Shown: positions 1-9,499 of the stretch, piece by piece
How positions within the stretch are numbered: the stretch's first letter is position 1
Layout: each line of letters opens with the position of its first letter
Source: Raillietiella orientalis
Lineage: Eukaryota
Direction: 5' to 3'
DNA: 64,000 nucleotides
Assembly: GCA_036172245.1 (NCBI GenBank)
Contig: JAYWIR010000001.1
Span: forward strand, 5,208,001 to 5,272,000
Program-made: the position numbers and the translations under genes
Notes under the pieces: model-generated
Databases searched by the model: none
What the model was told of the DNA's origin: nothing
Seen by the model: the letters and a program-made list of their open reading frames with translations, nothing else

Positions 1-480
1 AGCCAATGGCAAAGTTCCTGCCTTTCTTCTATTTTCAGATTTTCCTCCCTGCCCTCGGCTGTCGATCTTCCGTTCCATCAAAGGCCATGGAGGAAGGGGT
101 CTCCAGCAGTTGTGGACAACCGCCTGGCAACATCAGGAGGTCCCCGGAGCCCCCAGGGGACTCCTGCCGCACTTCTTTTCCTCCTTTCTGCAGAGGAGCG
201 CTCAGAGCCAATGGACTTTCCCATGTGACCTCTCGCCATTTCCTGGCGAGTAGCGTGGGAGGAGAGGCTTTGTTTATTGTCCCGGATTGCCCTTCGGGAC
301 GGGGGTACCCGCGAAACCCGTCCGGGAAGCCCCGGCAGTCTGCGGGTTCCGAAAAAGCCGGCGGAGAGCGCTCGCGCAAGCGACTCCAAGCCTTTCTTTC
401 CCTTCCCCCCCTCCTGTCCCTCCCTTGCAGTTTTCTCCTCTGCACTTCCTGAGAAAATGCCCACGAGGCGGAACGTTCGC
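1..480 (-). repeat. Family A unit (runs off window start)
   Basis: LLARKWREV and SSMAFDG blocks; CCATCAAAGGCCATGGAGGAAG resembles GCATCCAGGGGCTATGGATGAG at ~24973. Confidence 0.45.
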
Positions 481-885
481 AAGGTGACGACGCTGCTGCT
501 TCCGCTGTGCAGCGACGGACTCGCGAACTTGGCCAGAAACGACAGCATGCGAGAGAACCCGTGAGAGAGGAAGGGAGGCGAGGAGACAGACCCCTCCTTC
601 CTCCTCTCCCTTCCCTCCCCCTCAAAGGGGAGGGAAAGGAAGAGGGCGCAGGAAAAAAAAAAAAAATCCGTTCGGAGCCGGGAAGAATTCAACGAATTTC
701 GAAATTCGGAGACGAAAATGCGAGCAGGCGAAACGGAACCGGAAATAAATCACCCGACGAGAATTTGGCATCGGGAAACAGATTTCCCGGCAGCTCCGTT
801 CAGGACGTTATTCTTGTCTGGGGAACCTGCCGGCGGGAGGATCACGGGCGCCAATTAGGTAGGCGAGAGCGCGCGCGAGGGCTGT

Positions 886-1165
886 GGCGGCGGCGGCGGC
901 GACGACGGAGGAGGAGGAGGAGGAGGAGAAGGAAGAAGAAGAGGAAGAGGAGGAAGAAGAAGAGGAAGAGGAGGAAGAAGAAGAGGAAGAGGAGGAGGAG
1001 GAGGAAGAAGAGGGAGGAAGTGAAAACAAAGGGAAGATCAAGAGGAAGAAGAGAAGGAGGAACCGGAGTAGAGGGAGAAGAAGAGGAGCAAAGGAGAGGA
1101 AGAAGAGGAGGGAAGTGGGAAGAAGAAGACGAAGGAAAGAGGAGGAGGGAGAAAGGAGGAAGAGA
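886..1165. repeat. (GGC)n followed by (GAG/GAA)n compound microsatellite / polypurine tract
   Basis: Read directly. Similar GA/TC tracts lie at ~12.75-12.88, 22.14-22.22, 23.72-23.88, 32.33-32.60, 34.19-34.50 and 41.35-41.51 kb. Confidence 0.9.
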
Positions 1166-1419
1166 GACTGCTGCCTCTTCTTCGATCCTCGCCAGCCATG
1201 ATGTGGCGAATCGATTGGGTCCAGGCATCTGGATGCGTGCAGCAGCAGCAGCAGCATCCGTAGCATCCGAGGGCCAGTCAGAATCGTCGAGCAGCATTGA
1301 ATTCATGCCAAGGCATTGGGAAGAGGGGGAGGAGGAGGGAAGGGAAAAAAGGGTGTTCCCGCAAATCTAAAAATAGCTTTTCTTCCTCGCTTTTTCCTTT
1401 GCATTTCAACGGGTGGCCT

Positions 1420-2300
1420 GGGAGGAAATCGCGCAGCAGCTTCCAGCTGAAGGGAGTCAGTGAACTCGGATGACCTGAAGGCACTCCCAAGGAACGGAAC
1501 TTTCCGGAGGGAGAAAAGGGGAGGAATGGAAGGGGGGGAAGGATACGGAGGGGGAGGACAGGCAGAGGAGGACGTGAAGGAGGCGCCGCCGGAGGGGATA
1601 TGGACTCTTTCCCTGGGAAGGTGGGCCACCGGGAGGTGTCCGTCGCGGAGAGACGGCGAAGTCGCCACAGTTCTTCCGGGAGTCGAAGGGGGTACTCGCT
1701 CCCGGGACTGGTCCGAGTAGTCCCTCCGGGCGTGACCGGCGGTCGGTCCAGGGCTTGCGAGAACCACAGCTTCTGCGCTGCGCCTTCGCCGATCCTCCAA
1801 TCCCGCTGGGCTCTTCCTGAAGTCCCACCGCCCTCAACGCTAGCCTTGGAAGACCGACAAAGCCACCTGGGCCTTCCTCCCAGTGGGGTCTCCGTCTGAG
1901 ATCGCACTCGCAGGGGAGGTAGGATTGCTTCCTCCTCCTGTCCTCCCTGGCGACGGGGAAGAGGCGCCCGCCAAGACGCTGCCTGCGCGTGTCCTCGGTG
2001 GCGAGGAGGGCAGTCCGAAGGCTTCCATCTCCGGCCTCCCCCTTGTCCTCCACCTCTCTGTCTCCTCTCAACCTGCGGAGACCCGGCCCCCACCTTTCCT
2101 GCCCGCCCTCCGCAGGAAGCGGCACGGGGAGATGGCAGCTGGCGAGGTGGCAGCAGGGAGGTCGACAGCATCCCGGCAAGGCGAAGACAGCCGGGGAACC
2201 CGATCCAGGAAACGGGAATCGGGTGTCGTGGGGGAGAAAGGGAGGAGCGGGGGAGAGAGGAGGGACGGAGCCGAACTCCGACGGGAGCAACGAGCCCGGA
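1420..2300 (-). repeat. Family A unit (5' part)
   Basis: GDGSLRTALLATEDTRRQRLGGRLFP parallels DEGSLRRGPFTLVFALLSSRGGQRQRLPLHQTLF in the 3.0-4.2 kb copy. Both share the upstream CRE-containing block. Confidence 0.5.
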
Positions 2301-2610
2301 ACTTTGCTGCAGGAATGACGGCGTCCCTCCCTCCTTCCTCCCTTTCCTTACTCGACCTTCGGCAGGGGCGAAAACTCTTCGGGAGAGCGTGGGGAGAGTG
2401 GTGGTGGTGGGGGACCAAAGGAGAGACTGCTTCTGTCCCAGGGCTCGAGGAGGCAGCGGCGGGAGAAGGGAGAAAGACTCTTTTCCCCGTGCCCCACCCC
2501 TCCTCGCCCTTCCTCGTCACCGGATGCTTTCCCGAAGTTTCCGGGTCACCTCCTTCTCTCCTCGAGTCGACTCGTTTGCGCACCCGCAGTCCAAAGTTCG
2601 CAGGAGCTGA

Positions 2611-2636
2611 GCGAGCGTGACGTCACGACGGTGATT
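2611..2636. promoter_or_regulatory. CRE/ATF palindrome CGTGACGTCACG (2616-2627) in a conserved block
   Basis: GCGAGCGTGACGTCACGACGGTGAT recurs as GCGAGCGTGACGTCACGGCGGCGAT at 4437-4461. Confidence 0.45.
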
Positions 2637-3049
2637 ATCCTCCACCTCTGTCCTGCAGTAGATTCCCTCCGTCCCTTTGAATCTACCATCTCTCCGACCT
2701 TGGCCGGGCTCCCTCCCCTACCTAAACGGTGCATCCTTTCCGTTCCCTGCGCGCGAGCGCCCAGTTCAGGATGAGTTTCACCCATGCAACGGCAGACAGT
2801 AGTGGCGTTGACGGCTTCGCCACGTCTCCATGGTCGACTCCTTGTTGTTATGGTTACCGCGCTTCGCCAGCTATTCTGTTGGTGCTTTCTCAACATGGGG
2901 GAACGGCTGCTGACGGCGAAATTTTTCGTCCGATTGCGAGCGGTTCCGTGAAGCTCCAACAATGCGCCTGCGGACATTGTTGACCGAAGTCATCGACCGA
3001 AGAGTCCCTATTATTGCGCCACAGAGATCCTGAGGAGCACGCTGGAAGG

Positions 3050-4200
3050 CCCCGCACTGCAGTCGGAGACAGCTCCGACCCCTCGCGGGGATTCGGCGCC
3101 TGCAGATGACGCCGCCTCATCCACGCAGAGCCGTTCGCCCGCACAAAGAGAGAGAGAATGGAGCGACCGGAGGGTCCGCACCGCGTGCAAAGAGTCAGCG
3201 GAGCCTGTAGGGATCCGGGGACTCTGCCGGCAGGCACGAAGGGTCTCGGCTGAAGCGCCGGAAGCCGAAGACATTTCGCGCCGCCTGTCCCCACGAGGAA
3301 GTGAGCGAAGAGGAGGAGTGATTCCGAGGTTCCCTCGGCCTGGAAAGAGGCTCCATCTCCCGAAAGGAAGGATCGTCTCCGCCCCTTTTCTTCTCTCCAC
3401 CTTCTTTCCCTTCGTGGTCGGTGGCTTCCCCTAGAGCCCATCGGGATGCTGCTCCTGCATCGAGGACACGAGATCTCTCCTGACTGCACTGAACATGGAG
3501 CGCACATCCCCATCCATGGCATCGGGAAGTCCCTGCCCTCCTCGCGAGGAACGAAGAGAGAAAACCAAGGGGAGGGTGGGAGGTAAGGATCGCGATGAGG
3601 GCCGCCGCCACCCTGCAGCTTCCAGGAAGCTGGGCTTCCTTGGAAAGCTGACCTCACCTGACGAAGAGAGGACGTACGGGGACAGATGGTGCAGATGGCC
3701 ATCTTGTGCCGGCACTGCTGACCCAGAGGACTCACCCTCGGATTCTCTCCTCTCCTCCGCGGAGGAGGCGAGCTCACCCCGCCCCGATTCTCACCGCTCC
3801 GGACGAAGAGCGTCTGGTGCAAAGGGAGTCGCTGCCGCTGCCCGCCTCGCGAGGAAAGAAGAGCGAAAACCAAGGTGAAGGGGCCGCGACGGAGGCTGCC
3901 CTCATCGCGGACCCTTCCACTCCACCCCTTGGTTTTCGCTCTTCTGCCCTCGTTGCCGTCTGGAAGGCGAACGGGGATTTCGGCGCCGCCGCAACCTGCT
4001 GGGAGTGCCGCCCTCTGAGTGCCGGCAGCCCACTGGAAGTAAACTGGCGAGGACAAGGGGACGAAGGGCGAGGGGAGGGATGCTCGAGGCGAAAGGTCGG
4101 AAAGCAAGGCGTTGCGCGGGCCTGCAGCTCCCTTCCCCTTCCTACTCGGTCTTCGTCGCAATTTCACCACGCAGCACTTTCAGGAGACGGATGCTGACCA
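3050..4200 (-). repeat. Family A unit
   Basis: DEGSLRR...RQRL...LF, AQDGHLHHLSP, VLDAGA and GSLQAPL blocks in family order. Confidence 0.55.
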
Positions 4201-4436
4201 GTCCGTCTGGACAGCCTCCCCCCCCCCCTCTAGTGTCCGCCCTCCGGATGACACTCGGGCGCGCGCCTGCGGGTCCACGTGCGCCCCCGCAGAAAGACCC
4301 CCGACTGCTTCTTGTCCCGAGGGAGGAGCACGTTCGCGCGCGCGCATGCGTGGACACGCTAGCTCTGGCATCTCGGAAAAGGTCCCTCGTCTGCGACACC
4401 TGAGCACGGAAGGTGCGCGCGCGCGCAGAGCAGCGA

Positions 4437-4461
4437 GCGAGCGTGACGTCACGGCGGCGAT
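4437..4461. promoter_or_regulatory. CRE/ATF palindrome CGTGACGTCACG (4442-4453), second copy
   Basis: See 2611-2636. Single TGACGTCA sites also occur at 33912 and 46343. Confidence 0.45.
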
Positions 4462-5784
4462 CACCGCGTCCACCTGTAACAAGGCACACGCGCGAGCGGA
4501 AAAGCAGGCGGAGAGTCCTGGGGGCGGAAGAGATTCCAGAAGATTCCTGGATGGGCCGCCTCGGGTGCACTGCCACTGTAAATTTCAAGTGGCTCGTCGC
4601 TGCCGCTGCTCCAGAAAGGAGGGAGAAACCGGCCGAGTTCCATCCCCTCCGTTTTTTTTCCCCCCTTTTTTGCTCCATTTCTACGGCGACTCATCTCTTC
4701 CTGCTCTCTCTCTCCGAGGGAAACGACTCCCGGAGTTCTTGTTGGACGCCTGCAAAGTGGAATCAGGGAAGGGCAAAGCGCGGATGAAAACCGCGACTGC
4801 CCTTTCCCGAGCAAACAAATGAACCCGAGAAAAAGGAAGGAGGAGGACGGGAGAGAAAGAGCGGGATGTTCGTCTCCTGCTTCTCTTCCTTGCTTCCCAT
4901 AAAGCATCTGGCGCGCGGACCTCGACTCGCGAGCGGACGCAAGAGGGAGCGGCGGCTCTCCGGCTTTCTCTCCGGGGCGCACCCTTTCTTTTCTGCCAAC
5001 CCTTTGCGAGGGCTAGTGGGAGAGAGAGGGGGAGGGGGGAGAGACGCGCCGTTCCCGCGCCGGCTCGAGGTGAGCTCATGATGCGAGGAGGCGTCTCGAA
5101 GGGACGAAGAGGAAGGGGGGAGAAGGGGGGAGGGACGAGGCGCACGAAAAAAAAAAAAAGTGAATTCCTCGGAGACCTCTCTTCTTCTTCTTCAGGACGG
5201 ATGGGACGTTTTTGCTATATTTAAGCATCACAGAGTGCGACCTTGGAAAGTGGTCCGGCCGTAATCGAGCGCGGACCTCCGCTCCCGCATTCCTGGATCC
5301 CTCATTAATTTCGCGCTGACCGGACCGTCAATTCGAGAATTTTGATAAATTCTTCAGGGGTCGGAGCATCTGCGATTTTCATTTTCTTCGAGGCGGAAAG
5401 GCGGGATGAAAGCCCCCGGGGATGATGAAGAATTTTCCGGACGGCGCGCGCGCTGAAGTCCGCCCGCCTCTTTCTGACAGCTGCGCGGGAAAGACCTGTT
5501 TTTTTTTTTTTTTTACGGGCAGAGGACGGCGGCCGGGGGCCGGGGCGGAGAGGCGGTCGGGCGACCTCCTGCGGTCGGCGAGCGGAGGTCGGGGAGCGAG
5601 AATTCGATTTCGCGCGCGACCCCCGAGTTTTCTCGGGGCGGCCAGAGGGGAGGAGGAGGTGAACGCGCGCCCAATGTGCGGCCCAGTGTGATGGCGCTTT
5701 CTCTCCCTCCTCGCGAGGTAGGCGCGCGCCGACCTCGCTCTATGCCCGCGGCAGCTGCGGGGATGCGACAGTGGACCCCAAGTC

Positions 5785-6010
5785 CACGCGGCGCGAAAGC
5801 TCTTTGATCTGTCCACACCACCCGAGGGTGCGTGCAACTCTTCAACTTATAGGGGGTATTCCTAAGGGAACCATCCTACGAATCCAGGAAGGACTCTGGG
5901 GGAAGGAGTGTTTTCTTCTCATGCCTGGCGGGGAACCTCTTACTTGTCCTCTCCGGAAGGACCCCCAGAAAGGATCCTCTCCTTCTCTCTTCTGAAGAGT
6001 ACCCGCAACG
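5785..6010 (+). repeat. Family B repeat, copy 1 (partial)
   Basis: AAGCTCTTTGATCTGTCCACACCACCCGAGGGTGCGTGCAACTCTTCAA aligns with the reverse complement of ~41692-41742 and with ~6135-6210 and ~8705-8780. Confidence 0.75.
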
Positions 6011-6129
6011 CACCCACCTCTCGGCGTCGATCATCCACGTGGAGCTTCTTTTCCTTGGTTCCCAAGAAGTACTGAAGAACCGCTCGCCTCCGCTGGGGTG
6101 GCTCACAGAGCCCTTTATTGCTGTTTCCC

Positions 6130-6583
6130 TCTACCCGAAGGTGCGTGTGACCCCTCAAGTCAGGGGACAATCACAAAAGGATCACCACATGAATCCAGGA
6201 AGGCTCTGGAGGAAGGAGAGAGTTCATCCTTCTCACGCTTGGTAGGGGAATCCCGAAGGGAAGACCTTCACCCTAGTTGTCTCCGAAGAGAACCAGCGAG
6301 TGAACCGCTCCTGATTTCCTCCTCTGAAGAGGAACCTCGGAGGGACGCCTCCGAATACTCCCAAAGGCAGTATCAACCAAAGGCAATCAACCAACTCCAT
6401 GGTGTGCGACGGAGGATCCCCCCGAGGGGAGGGGGCGGCTCCCTGTTCGCAACCGGAGGGGAACCCAAAGGGAACCAACAGACTCCTTGGTTCCTGGAGG
6501 GACCCGGGATGGTCGACTTGCATTACCTGCCAGACAACGGGGGCATCCAGAGGGTTTCCGGCTTCCACCAACACCGCATCCGA
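6130..6583 (+). repeat. Family B repeat, copy 2 (interrupted by the LINE; resumes at ~8661-8690)
   Basis: Shares GTGCGTGTGAC...GAATCCAGGAAGG...CTCCGAAGAGAACC...GGGGCATCCAG...CCGGCTTCCACCA with the other copies. Confidence 0.75.
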
Positions 6584-8448
6584 CTGCGTGGACCAGGAGC
6601 TTCTGTTGGAGCTCCTGGGTCTCATGGGCTTCCCACCCTCCCTACTCTCGTACCTGCTCTCCTGCTGGCGCAACGCGCTAATTAACATCTCTTTCAGTGG
6701 ACAAATAAAGTACGGCGTGCCGGTGCGGCGGGGCATAAGGCAGGGCGATAGCCTGAGCCCCTTGCTCTTTAGCACCTATTTCGAATTGGTGCTGCGAGCA
6801 TACAGGGAGACTTTGGCTCTTCATCTGCGCGTATGTCTTGGCACGCCTGCCGTCTCAGAATACCTGGACGATCTTCTGCTCCTGCTACCCACGTCCTCCC
6901 CGGAATCAGCATTCGAGAACTTTTTCGAGCTGCTGATCCGCGGGACTGGACTCGGGATGAACAGGGAGAAGTCGTCGGAGGTGACGGTTGGTGCGACGTG
7001 AGCTGGACGGCCTGACTGGATCCGCTTGGGGATCCTCACGGGATCCCCAAGCGGCCATCCTCAGGTACTTTAAGTACCTTGGCGTTCTGTTGGGGGAATT
7101 CTGCTCCGCAGAAGCCTGGTCTGGCCGTCTTCAGAAAGCACCGCAGGCTCTCGGTCCGTTCCAAGGAGGCAGGTTTTACCTGCCATGTTCATGACTCTCC
7201 TCCTCCGCCCCCTGCTTTTTATTTGCCTCCCGCCATGCAGCATTAGGAAGAGAACAAAGGACATCTTCCGGATCCCCCTCTGGGGCAAAGGGAGGCGCCG
7301 AGTTTCCCTAAAGGACTTTTGTGCACCGCACCGGGACGGAGGCCTAGATCTCCCCTGACGCTGGAGCGGATGGAGTTTCGAACACTTGCCCTTGTGGAAA
7401 ACCTATAGAGTACCATTTGGTGCCAACCCGCAGGCCTTCTCGTCCAGCAAGCCACCGGTAGAGTGGGACTCGCGTCCTTCCTTGCTCTCTCTATGCAGGT
7501 TCATTCACTGCGGACTGCACCTTCGTCAGGTGGTCGGTCACGCTGACGAGGAAAAGCGGATGGATCTCGTGCAGACCCGCTAACGGTAATGCCTGGCTGC
7601 AGCGAACCGTTCGAACGTGGGCGAGGATCCAGGAGCCACGCGCGGAACAGGTGAGACGTTTCCTGTACGCGCACAACAACAACTGCACGCTGTGGGAGAT
7701 CCTGGAAGATCCCGTGAAGAGTGCGTGGGCAAGCGGAACCTCCCTCGCCGCCGCGCCGCCCTCCCTTAGGGAGTACCTGGGCAGCAGCCTTACGGCTGGA
7801 TGGGAGGCTACTGTGGAAATCTCTGGAAGGAGAAAAGGACTGGACGGCAGGCCAGCTTACCGACGTTGAGACTCCGATCGCTCGACCCTCGGACTTTTGC
7901 GCTGGGGCGTGCTACTGGGTATTCCGAAGTTAGACCTGCAGTGGCTCCCGGTGCTCATGAACACCTGCACCCTCTTTTTAAAGTGTCAGGTGTCGGCGTT
8001 GACACTGCTGCACTGGTGGGACCTCCCGTGCAACGTCCGCCGTCATCATTGGATACGGGGGAAGGGGTTGGACCCGAACTGTGCAAGGTGCAAGGAGCGG
8101 GAATCCTTCCCGCACCTCCTGGTGGATTGTACTGCCCTCCGACTCCTCTGGGGACGCTTTGTCGCGTCCCTTGGAACCCCCGGCGTCAATGCCAGAGACT
8201 TTTTAAAGAGTCTCTTCTTGCGCGACGCTCTCACGTTGGCCGCATCCCCAGCAACACTGCGCTGCCCACGAGGCGGGATCGTGGCTGCAGGGAGCAAAGC
8301 CAGAAGTGGCCAGAAAGACAAGGATTCCGTCTATTCTGCTGTCCTCTTCATGAGGGCAGCGTCAAGATGGCCCCATCTGGAAGCCTCGAAACAGGAACTT
8401 GCCGGCATCCTCACAAGGATGCAGAGGAGACCCTCCAGCACAAAGTGA
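6576..8448 (+). pseudogene. LINE ORF2 remnant (RT, thumb region, zf-RVT) broken by stops and frameshifts
   Basis: Pieces lie in ORFs 6399-7001, 6988-7194, 7651-7869 and 7897-8448. It begins at ASDCVDQELLLELLGLMGFP (cf. AFDxVDxxxLxxxLxxMGF). No endonuclease or ORF1 is present. Confidence 0.85.
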
Positions 8449-8660
8449 TCCCTTCCTGAACCCACCATTTTTTTGACTGTATATTTTTCTTTTTGCTTGT
8501 CTACCCTTCCCCTGTGCTGCCGAGGCGAACCCCTCTGGCCTGCGTGCCAGATTCCGGCAGGTTCCTTCTCGTAGTATGAGGAACGTGGCAGGATTAAACG
8601 TCCTACCACAGACATATAAGTTTATTTTATAAATAAACGCCTTGGAGTGATCGGGTATCA
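6584..8660 (+). mobile_element. 5'-truncated degenerate non-LTR retrotransposon, L1/Tx1-like
   Basis: RT motifs GIRQGDSLSPLLF, YLDD and FKYLGV. L1-clade motif PLWGKGRRRVSLKDFCAPHRDGGLDLP at ~7275-7355. C-terminal zinc knuckle CARCKERESFPHLLVDC. T-rich 3' UTR and AATAAA at 8632. Decayed TSD at 6567-6583 / 8661-8677. Confidence 0.88.
7022..7054. repeat. Perfect 14-bp inverted repeat with 5-nt loop inside the LINE RT
   Basis: CCGCTTGGGGATCC-TCACG-GGATCCCCAAGCGG. Confidence 0.93.
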
Positions 8661-8699
8661 ACCAGTGCCGCACCCGAAGCCTCCAGGACAGCCGGAGTC

Positions 8700-9160
8700 A
8701 TCCTGAGCGTGCGTGTGACTTCGAGCTAGAGGATAATCACGGGGGGACCGCTTCATGAATTCAGGCAGGACTCCAGGGGCAGGAGTCCATTCCTCTACTA
8801 CTCTTCGGAGGGAACACTCATTCTGGTTGTCTCCGAAGGGAACCCTGAAGGGAGCCTCTTCCCTCTTCTCTCCGGAAGGACCCTGCAGAGAAGCCGCTCC
8901 TGGTGTCGTCCTCCGAAGAGAACCCCGAACGGTCGCCTCCAAATTTTCTCTGAAGGGTCTCTCTCCGAAGGGAGCAGCGCACTTCCTGACACTCTGAAGG
9001 GGTGTCAATCCAGCAGATCCGCGGTACGAGACGAAGGGTATCTCCCCCTCTACCTTCCGAAAGGGAGAGGGGCAGCTCCATTTTCACGACCGGAGGGGAA
9101 CCACGAAGGGAAGCGACTTGCTTACTCTGAAGAGTATCAAGGAGCGTGGACAGGTGCAAA
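8700..9160 (+). repeat. Family B repeat, copy 3, with internal ~39-nt degenerate minisatellite
   Basis: CTCTGAAGGGTCTCTCTCCGAAGGGAGCAGCGCACTTCCTGACACTCTG matches the reverse complement of ~41266-41314 at 45/49 nt. Confidence 0.8.
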
Positions 9161-9499
9161 GACTTGTTCTTTGCACATGTCCCACCTGTCCATCGCCCAA
9201 ACTTTCTCTTCCTCTCCTACGAGAAGCCGTCTGAGGGCCGGAGAGACTCCTGAGAGGTCAGTTCCCCACTCGCGTCCAGAGGTGCCGGACTTCGGACGCG
9301 CAAGGAACGCCTCCTCCAGCCTCCGCTTTCAGGGAGATCAAAACCCTCGCTGTTCCCAGGAAGGGAGGGGAAAGAAAGGGAAGCGACTTTGGGTGAACCG
9401 TCTTTGGGTGCGCCCGCCCTTGCGCAACCCTGCGATGATGGATGCACGCGCGCGGGCGCCCCCCGCCTCGTTCGGTCCACACACCGAGGCTGGACAGCA

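Noticed and set aside
507-1370. Poly-Arg/Lys, poly-Glu and poly-Ser ORFs (protamine-like or acidic protein)
   Set aside because: Translations of a (GAG/GAA)n microsatellite.
6399-7001. RT as retron, DGR, group II intron or telomerase-type system
   Set aside because: Eukaryotic context. The downstream LWG...GGL motif, CCHC knuckle, AATAAA and TSD indicate an ordinary L1/Tx1-like LINE remnant.
8820-9005. Regularly spaced short repeats resembling a CRISPR array
   Set aside because: The repeats are degenerate, the 'spacers' resemble each other, there are no cas genes, and the locus is eukaryotic.
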